Made by a program: the position numbers and the translations under genes. 29,923 nucleotides of DNA, taken from a virus (Duplodnaviria > Caudoviricetes). Positions 7,921 to 15,881 of this stretch are shown one piece after another. The first letter of the stretch is position 1, and each line of letters opens with the position of its first letter. Below the pieces are notes generated by a model that ran no database searches, was not told the DNA's origin, and worked only from the letters and a program-made list of their open reading frames with translations. The stretch spans positions 1-29,923 of the IMG/VR virus record IMGVR_UViG_3300030708_000355. The stretch is one strand, 5' to 3'.

Positions 7921-9762
7921 ATGACAGATTATAAAGCAATAATAGGAAAAGGAGTTAAGGTAGTATCAACCAATCTTGATAATACCGAGGGTGAAGGTCA
8001 AATTTGGTTTAACTCTACAACAGGTAATTTTAAAGATATTGTTACTACACAAGCATGGTCAAGTGCTGGATCTATAAGCACAACAAGATTTAATATGGGT
8101 AGTGGAAATACTCCAGTTACTGCAGGTCTTATTTTTGGAGGATCAGGAAAAAGCACTGCAACAGAAAATTATGATGGAACAGGTTGGTCAACTGGTGGAG
8201 CTTTAGGAACTGGTCGTTATCAATTATCAGGTTTCGGAACTCAAACAGCTGGACTAGGAGCTGGTGGATACGCTAGCCCTTCACCTGGTGATAAAGCATT
8301 AGTTGAGGAATATAATGGAACTTCTTGGTCAGAAGTAAATGATCTTCCTGCAGCTAGAAGAGGTGCAGCTGGTTTTGGAACTCAAACTGCGGGAGCGATC
8401 GCAGGTGGTGTTCCAAATTTAAATACAACTTTACATTATGATGGAACTAATTGGACGTCAGGTGGAACTCTTCCAGCAGGACAAGATAGAACTGAGGGGG
8501 GTGGAACAGGCACATTAACGGCAGGTTTTTTAGCAGCTGGAGATAATAGAACGTCTTTTGAATATGATGGATCTAGTTGGACAGCAGGACCAAGCACTTC
8601 ATCAGACCATGATGGTGGTTCCGATACAGGAATTCAAACAGCAGCTATAACTTTTGGTGGATTTCTTTCCCCTGGAAGTGGACAAGTTACTTCAACAGAA
8701 CTTTATAATGGAACATCTTTTACTACTTCACCAGCTACAATGGCAAATGGTCGTTATGGTATAGGTAATGGAGGTTTTACTGGAACATCAGCTTTCGCAG
8801 GAGGCGGAGATAAAAACCCAGGAACTATAGCTGATACAGAAGAATACAATAGTTCAGTAAACGTGATTACAGGTGCAGCGTGGGCAACTGGTGGAGCTAT
8901 ACCTGATTCAAAAAGAGATGGTGGTATAGGATCAGTTGGAACACAAACAGCTGGACTTGCTTTTGGTGGTGAACCAATTAATACTGAAACTTACGAATAC
9001 AATGGTTCTTCTTGGACGGACACTGCAACTATGGGAACTGGTAGAAGATCAGGCGCATCTTTTGGACCACAAACAGCTGCAGGAACTGCTGGTGGAAATG
9101 CTTCTGCTGGTGATTCACCGTCAACTGTTTATGAAACATACGATGGAAGTTCTTGGTCAGAAGGACCAGATTTAGGAACTGGTAGAAATAATGTGGCAGG
9201 GGCAGGGACTACAACAGCTAGTTTAGCTTTTGGTGGAGCAGGGCCTGGTTCCACTGTTAAAAATGAAACTGAAGAATATAATGGATCCTCATGGTCTGAA
9301 CAAAATAATTTAAATGCTGGAAGAACTTTAATGGCTGGTTGTGGAACTCAAACAGCAGCAGTTGGTTTTGGTGGTAGCACAACGTCTCCAGGACCTTATA
9401 CAGTTGTAGGTAACACTGAACATTATGATGGAACTTCTTGGACAACTAGTAACGCTATGAATGAGGGTAGAGGAACTCTTGGAGCAGCAGGAACTCAAAC
9501 AGCTGCAATGGCTATAGCAGGAAATCCAGATTTTAATAATCCACCAGCTAATACGAATATATGTGAAATATATAATGGAACTTCTTGGGCTTCGACAGCT
9601 TCAATGGCAAACCCAACAGCAGGATTTAGAGGAACTGGTGGCACAACTTCTTCTGCATATGCTGCAGGAGGTTTTGATAGCGCTGGTAATAATACGGGTA
9701 GAACAGAAGAATTTACTGGAGAATCATCTGCATTAAACGTAGTAACAGTTAGCACTAGCTAG
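7921..9762 (+). CDS. Kelch-like tandem beta-propeller protein 2
   Basis: Same architecture and repeat as 6063..7916; N-terminal EGQIWFN. Confidence 0.8.
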   Translation: MTDYKAIIGKGVKVVSTNLDNTEGEGQIWFNSTTGNFKDIVTTQAWSSAGSISTTRFNMGSGNTPVTAGLIFGGSGKSTATENYDGTGWSTGGALGTGRYQLSGFGTQTAGLGAGGYASPSPGDKALVEEYNGTSWSEVNDLPAARRGAAGFGTQTAGAIAGGVPNLNTTLHYDGTNWTSGGTLPAGQDRTEGGGTGTLTAGFLAAGDNRTSFEYDGSSWTAGPSTSSDHDGGSDTGIQTAAITFGGFLSPGSGQVTSTELYNGTSFTTSPATMANGRYGIGNGGFTGTSAFAGGGDKNPGTIADTEEYNSSVNVITGAAWATGGAIPDSKRDGGIGSVGTQTAGLAFGGEPINTETYEYNGSSWTDTATMGTGRRSGASFGPQTAAGTAGGNASAGDSPSTVYETYDGSSWSEGPDLGTGRNNVAGAGTTTASLAFGGAGPGSTVKNETEEYNGSSWSEQNNLNAGRTLMAGCGTQTAAVGFGGSTTSPGPYTVVGNTEHYDGTSWTTSNAMNEGRGTLGAAGTQTAAMAIAGNPDFNNPPANTNICEIYNGTSWASTASMANPTAGFRGTGGTTSSAYAAGGFDSAGNNTGRTEEFTGESSALNVVTVSTS

Positions 9763-9791
9763 TTGATTTTAATAATGATAAACTATATAAC
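9763..9791 (+). promoter_or_regulatory. Sigma70-like promoter
   Basis: TTGATT (9763-9768), 17 bp, TATAAC (9786-9791) in a 51-bp intergenic gap; shares ACTATATAA with the promoter at 34-62. Confidence 0.5.
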
Positions 9792-9813
9792 AATATAAAA
9801 GGAGGAAGAAACT

Positions 9814-10113
9814 ATGTCTACACACTTTATATATGGAGTAGCTACAAACACTGGCAAAGGATTTATAACTGCTAATGACAGACAAAAATTCTTTATTAGA
9901 GGTTATCCTGCAAACGTATGGATGGTTGGAAACAACGTCGATGGCGCTATGTGGTTAGCTGAAAAGAACGGTGTTGAAAAAACAAAGGAAGAAGCACAAG
10001 CTTTGATTGACGCTGAAGTGCAAGCGGCACAAGCTGCGTGGGATGCACTGTCTGATGAAGAAAAAGCTGCACCAGGTAATCAAAATAGACCAGGTGACGT
10101 AATTCTTCCATAA
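9814..10113 (+). CDS. Small hypothetical protein, possible fibre assembly chaperone
   Basis: 99 aa, strong AGGAGG RBS, helical C-terminus, located between Kelch paralogues; function inferred from position only. Confidence 0.65.
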   Translation: MSTHFIYGVATNTGKGFITANDRQKFFIRGYPANVWMVGNNVDGAMWLAEKNGVEKTKEEAQALIDAEVQAAQAAWDALSDEEKAAPGNQNRPGDVILP

Positions 10114-10122
10114 GGATTTTTA

Positions 10123-11940
10123 ATGTCAGACTACCAGGATATAACAGGCACAAGGATAAAATATTTATCTTCTGATCCGACGTTAGAATCGTCGTATGAA
10201 GGACAGATTTGGTATAACTCGACTACAGGAGTAAATAAAACTTTAATTAAATTTGGAGCTTTTGTAAGTGGTGGTAATTTAAATACTTCAAGATACGAAT
10301 TAGGTGGAGCAGGTACTAAGACTGCAGGTATAGTGGCTGGAGGTTATTTAGGACCACCTGGAAACACAGGTGATGCAGAAGAATACAATGGTTTTAGTTG
10401 GGCAGAACAAAATAATTTAAACACTACTAGAAGAACACTGACTGGTTTTGGAACTCAAACAGCATCAGCATTTTGTGGTGGATATACTAGCACAACTGTA
10501 GCTAATACAGAATTATACAACGGATCAAGTTTTTCTGAAACAGGAGATTTGAATACAGGTAGATATGGACATACTGGAAATGGAACTCAAACAGCAGGAT
10601 TAGTTTATGGTGGTTCTGGTGGTGATCAGGCAACAGAAGAATTTGATGGCAGCTCTTGGACAAGTAGTAATAATACAAACGTGGCTGGAAGAAGGGGAGT
10701 TGGGGGTGGAACTCAAACTGCAGCTATCTATATAAATAGAGAAAGTCCACCTGGAGCCTCTATAAAATCTCACGAACAATATGATGGAACTTCTTGGACT
10801 ACTCAAGCTGATACAAATATAGCGAGAGAATATTGTAGTGGATCGGGCTCTCAAGACTCCTGTTTAACTGCGGGTGGATCACCAAATGTTGCAACCTCAG
10901 AACTTTGGGATGGAACTAGTTTCGCTTCTTCAGCGTCCATGAGCACAGGAAGAGGTGCAGCTGGAATGGCTGGAGGCACAACTGTTGAAGGATTTATAGC
11001 TGGTGGTGATGGTAGCCCTGCTCATACAAATGCAACAGAAGAATTTAATTTTAGCATTAACACTATAACCAAAGCTGCATGGGCATCTGGAGGAAATTTA
11101 GGAACTGCAAGATATAAGGTATCTGGAGCAAATCAAGGCACACAGGATGCAGCTTTAGCTTTTGGTGGTAGAGAGTCTGGATCGCCTCCGAGTGGCCCAG
11201 GAAATGTAACTAATAAAACAGAAGAGTATAATGGAACAAGTTGGTCAGAACAAAACAATTTAAACACTGAAACTAGAGGAGCTGCTGGTGCAGGTACACA
11301 AACAGCGGGTGTTAGAATGGGTGGTTTTGATGGGGGCCCTAGCGAACAAAATAATTTTGAATTTTATGATGGAACTTCTTGGACAGCTCAACCAACTATA
11401 CCAGACACTATAAGACTTGGCGGTGGCGGTGGAACTCAAACAGCAGCAATAGTTTTTGGAGGGTTGAGTAGCACAACAGAAACATATGAATATGATGGTA
11501 GTTCTTGGACATCTGGTGGAGATTTAAATACAGAACACTACAATCTTGCAGGTCTTGGAACTCAAACAGCAGCACTTGCAGCAGGAGATGCACCTGCTTC
11601 TAACGCTGTGGAAGAATACAACGGATCTGCTTGGACAACTGTAACAGCAATGCCTGAAAACAAAGAGGCTTCTATGGGATCAGGAGCTCAAACAGCAGGG
11701 ATGGTATTTGGAGGTCAAACACCTCCTTACACAGGAAGCACTCTTCTTTATGATGGAACTAATTGGACAGCAACTGCTCCTCTTTCAACAGCAAGAGAGA
11801 GTGGTGCAACAGGTAGTGGAACATCTAATACAGCTGGTTTATGTGCGGGTGGAAATGCAGCTCCTAGTATCACTAATGCAACGGAAGAATTTACAGGAGG
11901 AACAGAAACAATAACTTCTAGAACATTGACAACTAGTTAG
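10123..11940 (+). CDS. Kelch-like tandem beta-propeller protein 3
   Basis: Same architecture and repeat; N-terminal EGQIWYN. Confidence 0.8.
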   Translation: MSDYQDITGTRIKYLSSDPTLESSYEGQIWYNSTTGVNKTLIKFGAFVSGGNLNTSRYELGGAGTKTAGIVAGGYLGPPGNTGDAEEYNGFSWAEQNNLNTTRRTLTGFGTQTASAFCGGYTSTTVANTELYNGSSFSETGDLNTGRYGHTGNGTQTAGLVYGGSGGDQATEEFDGSSWTSSNNTNVAGRRGVGGGTQTAAIYINRESPPGASIKSHEQYDGTSWTTQADTNIAREYCSGSGSQDSCLTAGGSPNVATSELWDGTSFASSASMSTGRGAAGMAGGTTVEGFIAGGDGSPAHTNATEEFNFSINTITKAAWASGGNLGTARYKVSGANQGTQDAALAFGGRESGSPPSGPGNVTNKTEEYNGTSWSEQNNLNTETRGAAGAGTQTAGVRMGGFDGGPSEQNNFEFYDGTSWTAQPTIPDTIRLGGGGGTQTAAIVFGGLSSTTETYEYDGSSWTSGGDLNTEHYNLAGLGTQTAALAAGDAPASNAVEEYNGSAWTTVTAMPENKEASMGSGAQTAGMVFGGQTPPYTGSTLLYDGTNWTATAPLSTARESGATGSGTSNTAGLCAGGNAAPSITNATEEFTGGTETITSRTLTTS

Positions 11941-11953
11941 TAATAGTTATATT
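11926..11953 (+). promoter_or_regulatory. Sigma70-like promoter for the enzyme cassette
   Basis: TTGACA (11926-11931), 16 bp, TATATT (11948-11953). Confidence 0.5.
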
Positions 11954-11975
11954 AGAAAGTATCGAAAGGATTATT

Positions 11976-12656
11976 ATGACAGAAAAAAGAAATATACATG
12001 CACTAATTGAAAAAGAGGCACCAAGCTTAAATAACTTATTAGACCCAGAAGACGTAAAAGAGTTTAAGGCTATGACAGCCGAGCTTCGTGACACATGGAC
12101 CAAGAAACAAGTATTTAGAACAGAGACAGAAATGAGAATGTCTGTGTTACAAGATGCAAAGTATCCAACAAAAGCTGCAAAGTATTGGCAGTGTGTTAGA
12201 GAACAAAACGTATTTTTAGAAAACTTAATGAGTTTATCTTTTGATTGCAGAAGACAAGAGGCAAAAGTTAAATGGTTAGAAAAAAAGATTAATACAGAAA
12301 AAGACGAATACAAATTAGAAAAATATATAATTGACTTAGACGAAGCTAGATATGGTTTAGCTAACATGCAATTAGTTGCTAAAGATAGAATGAGAGAAAT
12401 TAAACTTTGGTCTACATTAAAAAAAGAATTTGATGATGGATCATTTGATACTCAAGATGTTAATAGACACCAGTTAGATTCGTATCATTTAATTATGAAA
12501 AATAAAGCAGAGACCTTGACTCAAGGATCAAGTCAACCTGAAGTCTTTAATGTACTAGGACAATTACAAACAATAGAAAGAGTTAAAAAATCAGGAGAGA
12601 TGATTTACAACAAGAAAGAACAATTGACCAGTGACCTCGGAGCAAAAGACAAATAA
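11976..12656 (+). CDS. Hypothetical helical/coiled-coil protein
   Basis: 226 aa, AAGGA RBS, charged helical sequence, no catalytic motif recognised. Confidence 0.75.
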   Translation: MTEKRNIHALIEKEAPSLNNLLDPEDVKEFKAMTAELRDTWTKKQVFRTETEMRMSVLQDAKYPTKAAKYWQCVREQNVFLENLMSLSFDCRRQEAKVKWLEKKINTEKDEYKLEKYIIDLDEARYGLANMQLVAKDRMREIKLWSTLKKEFDDGSFDTQDVNRHQLDSYHLIMKNKAETLTQGSSQPEVFNVLGQLQTIERVKKSGEMIYNKKEQLTSDLGAKDK

Positions 12657-13425
12657 AAAACTTTTCTTCTTAGTTGCAATGCCAAGGTCAGGTAATACCT
12701 TGTTTGCCTCAGTGATGAATCAAAACCCAGAAATAGCGGCCACTGCTAATTCCATTACATTAGAAATTATGAAAGATTTACATTTGTTAAAAAATACAGA
12801 TGTATTTTTAAATTACCCAGACTACAGATCTTTAGATAATGTATTAGATTTAGTGTATGACAATTACTACAAAGACTGGCCACAAAGAGTGATTATAGAT
12901 AGAGGTCCTGTAATGACTGCTCCTAATTTACATTTAATACAAAAACATTTTAAAAGAGCTTTTAAATGTATTGTATTGCTTAGAGATCTAATGGATGTGT
13001 TAGCGAGTTACATGCAATGGTACACAGAAAACCCTGATGCGTTTCCAAATAGATTTGATCACAAAAATGATGAAGAAAAATTATTAGCATTGATGAATAA
13101 AAATGGAGCTGTTGCAAAAGAATTAGAAGCAATTAAAAATTCTTATAATTATCCTGGTATGTGTCACTACGTAAAATATGATGACATTGTGACAAACCCA
13201 GAACAAGAGTTTAGAAAAATATATAGTTTTTTAGAAGAACCCTATTATCCACACTATTTTGAAAACTTGAAACAAATAAATATTAATGGTATAGGCTATG
13301 ACGATAAGATAGTAGGAAAGAATATGCATAAGTTATTTGATGGTAAGATTAAAAAGGTATATAATCCTTATATAGAAAAAATTCCAGAAAGGATAAAACA
13401 AAAGTATGGACACATTAAATTTTGA
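12631..13425 (+). CDS. PAPS-dependent sulfotransferase family protein
   Basis: 5'-PSB loop MPRSGNT, 3'-PB motif LLRDLMDVLAS, later VKYDDIVTNPE; GTG start uncertain. Confidence 0.8.
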   Translation: MTSEQKTNKKLFFLVAMPRSGNTLFASVMNQNPEIAATANSITLEIMKDLHLLKNTDVFLNYPDYRSLDNVLDLVYDNYYKDWPQRVIIDRGPVMTAPNLHLIQKHFKRAFKCIVLLRDLMDVLASYMQWYTENPDAFPNRFDHKNDEEKLLALMNKNGAVAKELEAIKNSYNYPGMCHYVKYDDIVTNPEQEFRKIYSFLEEPYYPHYFENLKQININGIGYDDKIVGKNMHKLFDGKIKKVYNPYIEKIPERIKQKYGHIKF

Positions 13426-14062
13426 TTTTGTTTTTTTAGGGCAATCTGTTTTAAAATATCAGGTGCCTTTAGACATTTATAATACCATTAATCATATTTA
13501 TGAAACGAAGTTTTCACAATTACCACCCGCAAATAAACAATTAGTTGGTAAAATACAAAATGAACATAGTTTATTTTTTAATGGTGAAGAAAATGATAAA
13601 ATGCATAATCACAATTTATTAACACACAATGTTTTAGATTGGTTTCAATCTATGTTTGTTCATTATTTAAATTGGAATAAAATAAAAGATTTTAAATTAC
13701 ATCTTAATTCTATTTGGGTAAATGAAATGAAACAACACGAATACAACCCAGTGCATGTACACCAAGGATCAATGTACACAGGGTTATCTAGTGTTATGAT
13801 TTTAAAATTACCAGAATCTTTTGGAGAAGAATATTCTGCAGGTGACGCTCCTATGAATGGAAGATTACAAATATTAGGCACATCTAGCGGACAATTTGCA
13901 CACGTAGATTATTCACCTAATGTTAAAGAAAGAGATTTTTATATTTTTCCATATGATATGAGACACTGTGTTTATCCTTTTAACGCACCAGGATATAGAA
14001 GAACACTAGCAGCCAACATGGATGTAGGATACGATCCAATAAAAAATAGAGGGGTAATATAA
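13406..14062 (+). CDS. 2OG-Fe(II) oxygenase (HxH type, TIGR02466-like)
   Basis: WVN...EYNPVHVH, LSSVMIL, IFP..MRHCVYP, RRTLAAN. Confidence 0.75.
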   Translation: MDTLNFDFVFLGQSVLKYQVPLDIYNTINHIYETKFSQLPPANKQLVGKIQNEHSLFFNGEENDKMHNHNLLTHNVLDWFQSMFVHYLNWNKIKDFKLHLNSIWVNEMKQHEYNPVHVHQGSMYTGLSSVMILKLPESFGEEYSAGDAPMNGRLQILGTSSGQFAHVDYSPNVKERDFYIFPYDMRHCVYPFNAPGYRRTLAANMDVGYDPIKNRGVI

Positions 14063-14655
14063 TGTATGAAAATCAAATAATAACAGAACCTAAATGGAAG
14101 AGTTGGATTATACAAACAACAACACCATTGTTTACACCAGAACAATGTAGACAAATTATAGAATGTGGTAGACGTCAACCACCACAAAAAGCACAAGTTG
14201 GTATGGGTAAACCAGGTGGAGGCGTAGATACAAAGAAAAGAACCACAACAATTAGTTGGATACCTTTTCAAGAAATGCAACCAATGTATAGAAACCTAGA
14301 TAAGTTTATACAAAAATGTAACGAGAATCATTTTGGTTTTGGTGATATTAGAGTTACAGAAAACGCACAGTTTACAGAATATCCAGAGGGTGGGTTTTAT
14401 GATTGGCATATGGATTGCGATGTAAACATGCAACATGAGCCGCCTGTAAGAAAAATATCCATGACATTATTATTAAATGATCCATCAGAGTTTGAAGGTG
14501 GACACTTAGAACTTATGGCGCCAGGTAAGTTTGCAGAATTAAAACAAGGTCATGCTATTTGCTTTGCATCTTTTTTAAACCATAGAGTTAACCAAGTAAC
14601 ACGTGGTGTTAGACAATCTTTGGTTGTTTGGTTTGGAGGCAAACCTTTTAGATGA
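14062..14655 (+). CDS. 2OG-Fe(II) oxygenase, prolyl-4-hydroxylase/PKHD-like
   Basis: FTPEQC, Y..GGFYDWHMD, RKIS..LLLND, FEGG.L, H.V..VTRGVR.SLV.W. Confidence 0.85.
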   Translation: MYENQIITEPKWKSWIIQTTTPLFTPEQCRQIIECGRRQPPQKAQVGMGKPGGGVDTKKRTTTISWIPFQEMQPMYRNLDKFIQKCNENHFGFGDIRVTENAQFTEYPEGGFYDWHMDCDVNMQHEPPVRKISMTLLLNDPSEFEGGHLELMAPGKFAELKQGHAICFASFLNHRVNQVTRGVRQSLVVWFGGKPFR

Positions 14656-15233
14656 TTAAAGAAGCTTTTTTTCCAACGTTTATATACGGCAAAGATTTAC
14701 AGTTAGACACAAAGTATTTTGAAAAAGAAATAGTTGAGTGGTCAAAACAAAACCCAGGCGTAAAAAAAACAAATGTAAACGGTTGGCACAGTGAAACCCA
14801 TATGCATCAAATGCCACAATTTAAAACATTAGTTGATGAACTACTTGTAATGCAAAAAGAAATATTTAGAGAAGAGTGGTTAGACAGATTTCCTAAACTA
14901 GGTAATATGTGGGCTAATATAAATTACAAAGGTGGTTATAACAAACCACACGTTCATCCCAACGCTACATTTAGTGGTGTATATTATATAAAAGCATTAC
15001 CTAATTGTGGTAAGTTAGTATGTAATGATCCTAGACCTGGCATACAAACACATATGCCAATCAGAGTAAAAGGACAACCACCAAAACATTTATGGAGAGA
15101 AGTTCATTTAGAACCAAAAGAAAACAGAGTCATTATGTTCCCTGCATGGTTATGGCATTGTGTTGAACCAAACGAGTCAGATGATATAAGAATATCAGTT
15201 AGTTTTAATTTTATACAAGATGGCTTTCAATAA
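14652..15233 (+). CDS. 2OG-Fe(II) oxygenase (TIGR02466-like)
   Basis: FPT, MWANIN, N.PHVHP, FSGVYY, DPR, MFPAWLWHCVEPN, RISVSFN. Confidence 0.85.
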   Translation: MIKEAFFPTFIYGKDLQLDTKYFEKEIVEWSKQNPGVKKTNVNGWHSETHMHQMPQFKTLVDELLVMQKEIFREEWLDRFPKLGNMWANINYKGGYNKPHVHPNATFSGVYYIKALPNCGKLVCNDPRPGIQTHMPIRVKGQPPKHLWREVHLEPKENRVIMFPAWLWHCVEPNESDDIRISVSFNFIQDGFQ

Positions 15234-15867
15234 ATTTCAAGTAATAAAAGGTGCGGTATCATACGAGTTAGCAAACTTTGTGTTTAATTATTTTTTACTT
15301 AAACGAGAGGCAGTTAAATTTATGTATGATAATAACATAACTTATGACAATGGCATGTTAGGGACCTGGCGAGATGAACAAATACCTAACACATACTCGC
15401 ATTACGCTGATCATGTAATGGAAACTTTACTAGTTAAAATGCTGCCTGTAATGGCTAAAGAAACAGGTCTTGATTTAGTGCCTACATATTCTTATGCAAG
15501 ACTATATAAAAATGGTGATGAGTTAAAAAGACATAAAGATAGACCTAGCTGTGAGATATCTACTACTTTAAATTTAGGTGGAAATCCCTGGCCCATATTT
15601 ATCGACGGCACGGGGGCTGACAGCGTCATAGACGAGCGTAATAACATACATAAGCCCAATGCACCCAAAGGCACTAAAGTCTTGCTTGAAGTGGGTGATA
15701 TGCTAGTATATAGTGGCTGTGAACTTGAACATTGGCGAGAGCCTTTTCAAGGGCAAGTATGTGGACAAGTGTTCTTACACTATAACCACAGAAACGGACC
15801 TTTTGCCGAAAAAAATAAGTTCGATAAAAGACCGTTGTTGGGTATTCCACCAATAAGGAATATGTAA
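15220..15867 (+). CDS. 2OG-Fe(II) oxygenase (HxD type)
   Basis: PTYSYARLY, L.RHKDRPSCEIS.TL, WPIF, GD..VYSGC..EHWREPF, QVFLHY. Confidence 0.8.
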   Translation: MAFNKFQVIKGAVSYELANFVFNYFLLKREAVKFMYDNNITYDNGMLGTWRDEQIPNTYSHYADHVMETLLVKMLPVMAKETGLDLVPTYSYARLYKNGDELKRHKDRPSCEISTTLNLGGNPWPIFIDGTGADSVIDERNNIHKPNAPKGTKVLLEVGDMLVYSGCELEHWREPFQGQVCGQVFLHYNHRNGPFAEKNKFDKRPLLGIPPIRNM

Positions 15868-15881
15868 TATAATGAGGTTAT

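Noticed and set aside
6063-11940. Diversity-generating retroelement or CRISPR-like array behind the repeats
   Set aside because: No reverse transcriptase, no template/variable pair differing at adenines seen; repeats are in-frame protein repeats
13406-15867. TET/JBP or AlkB-type DNA modification role
   Set aside because: No methyltransferase or nucleotide-modification genes adjacent, motifs fit other subfamilies, and context is the tail operon; disfavoured rather than excluded
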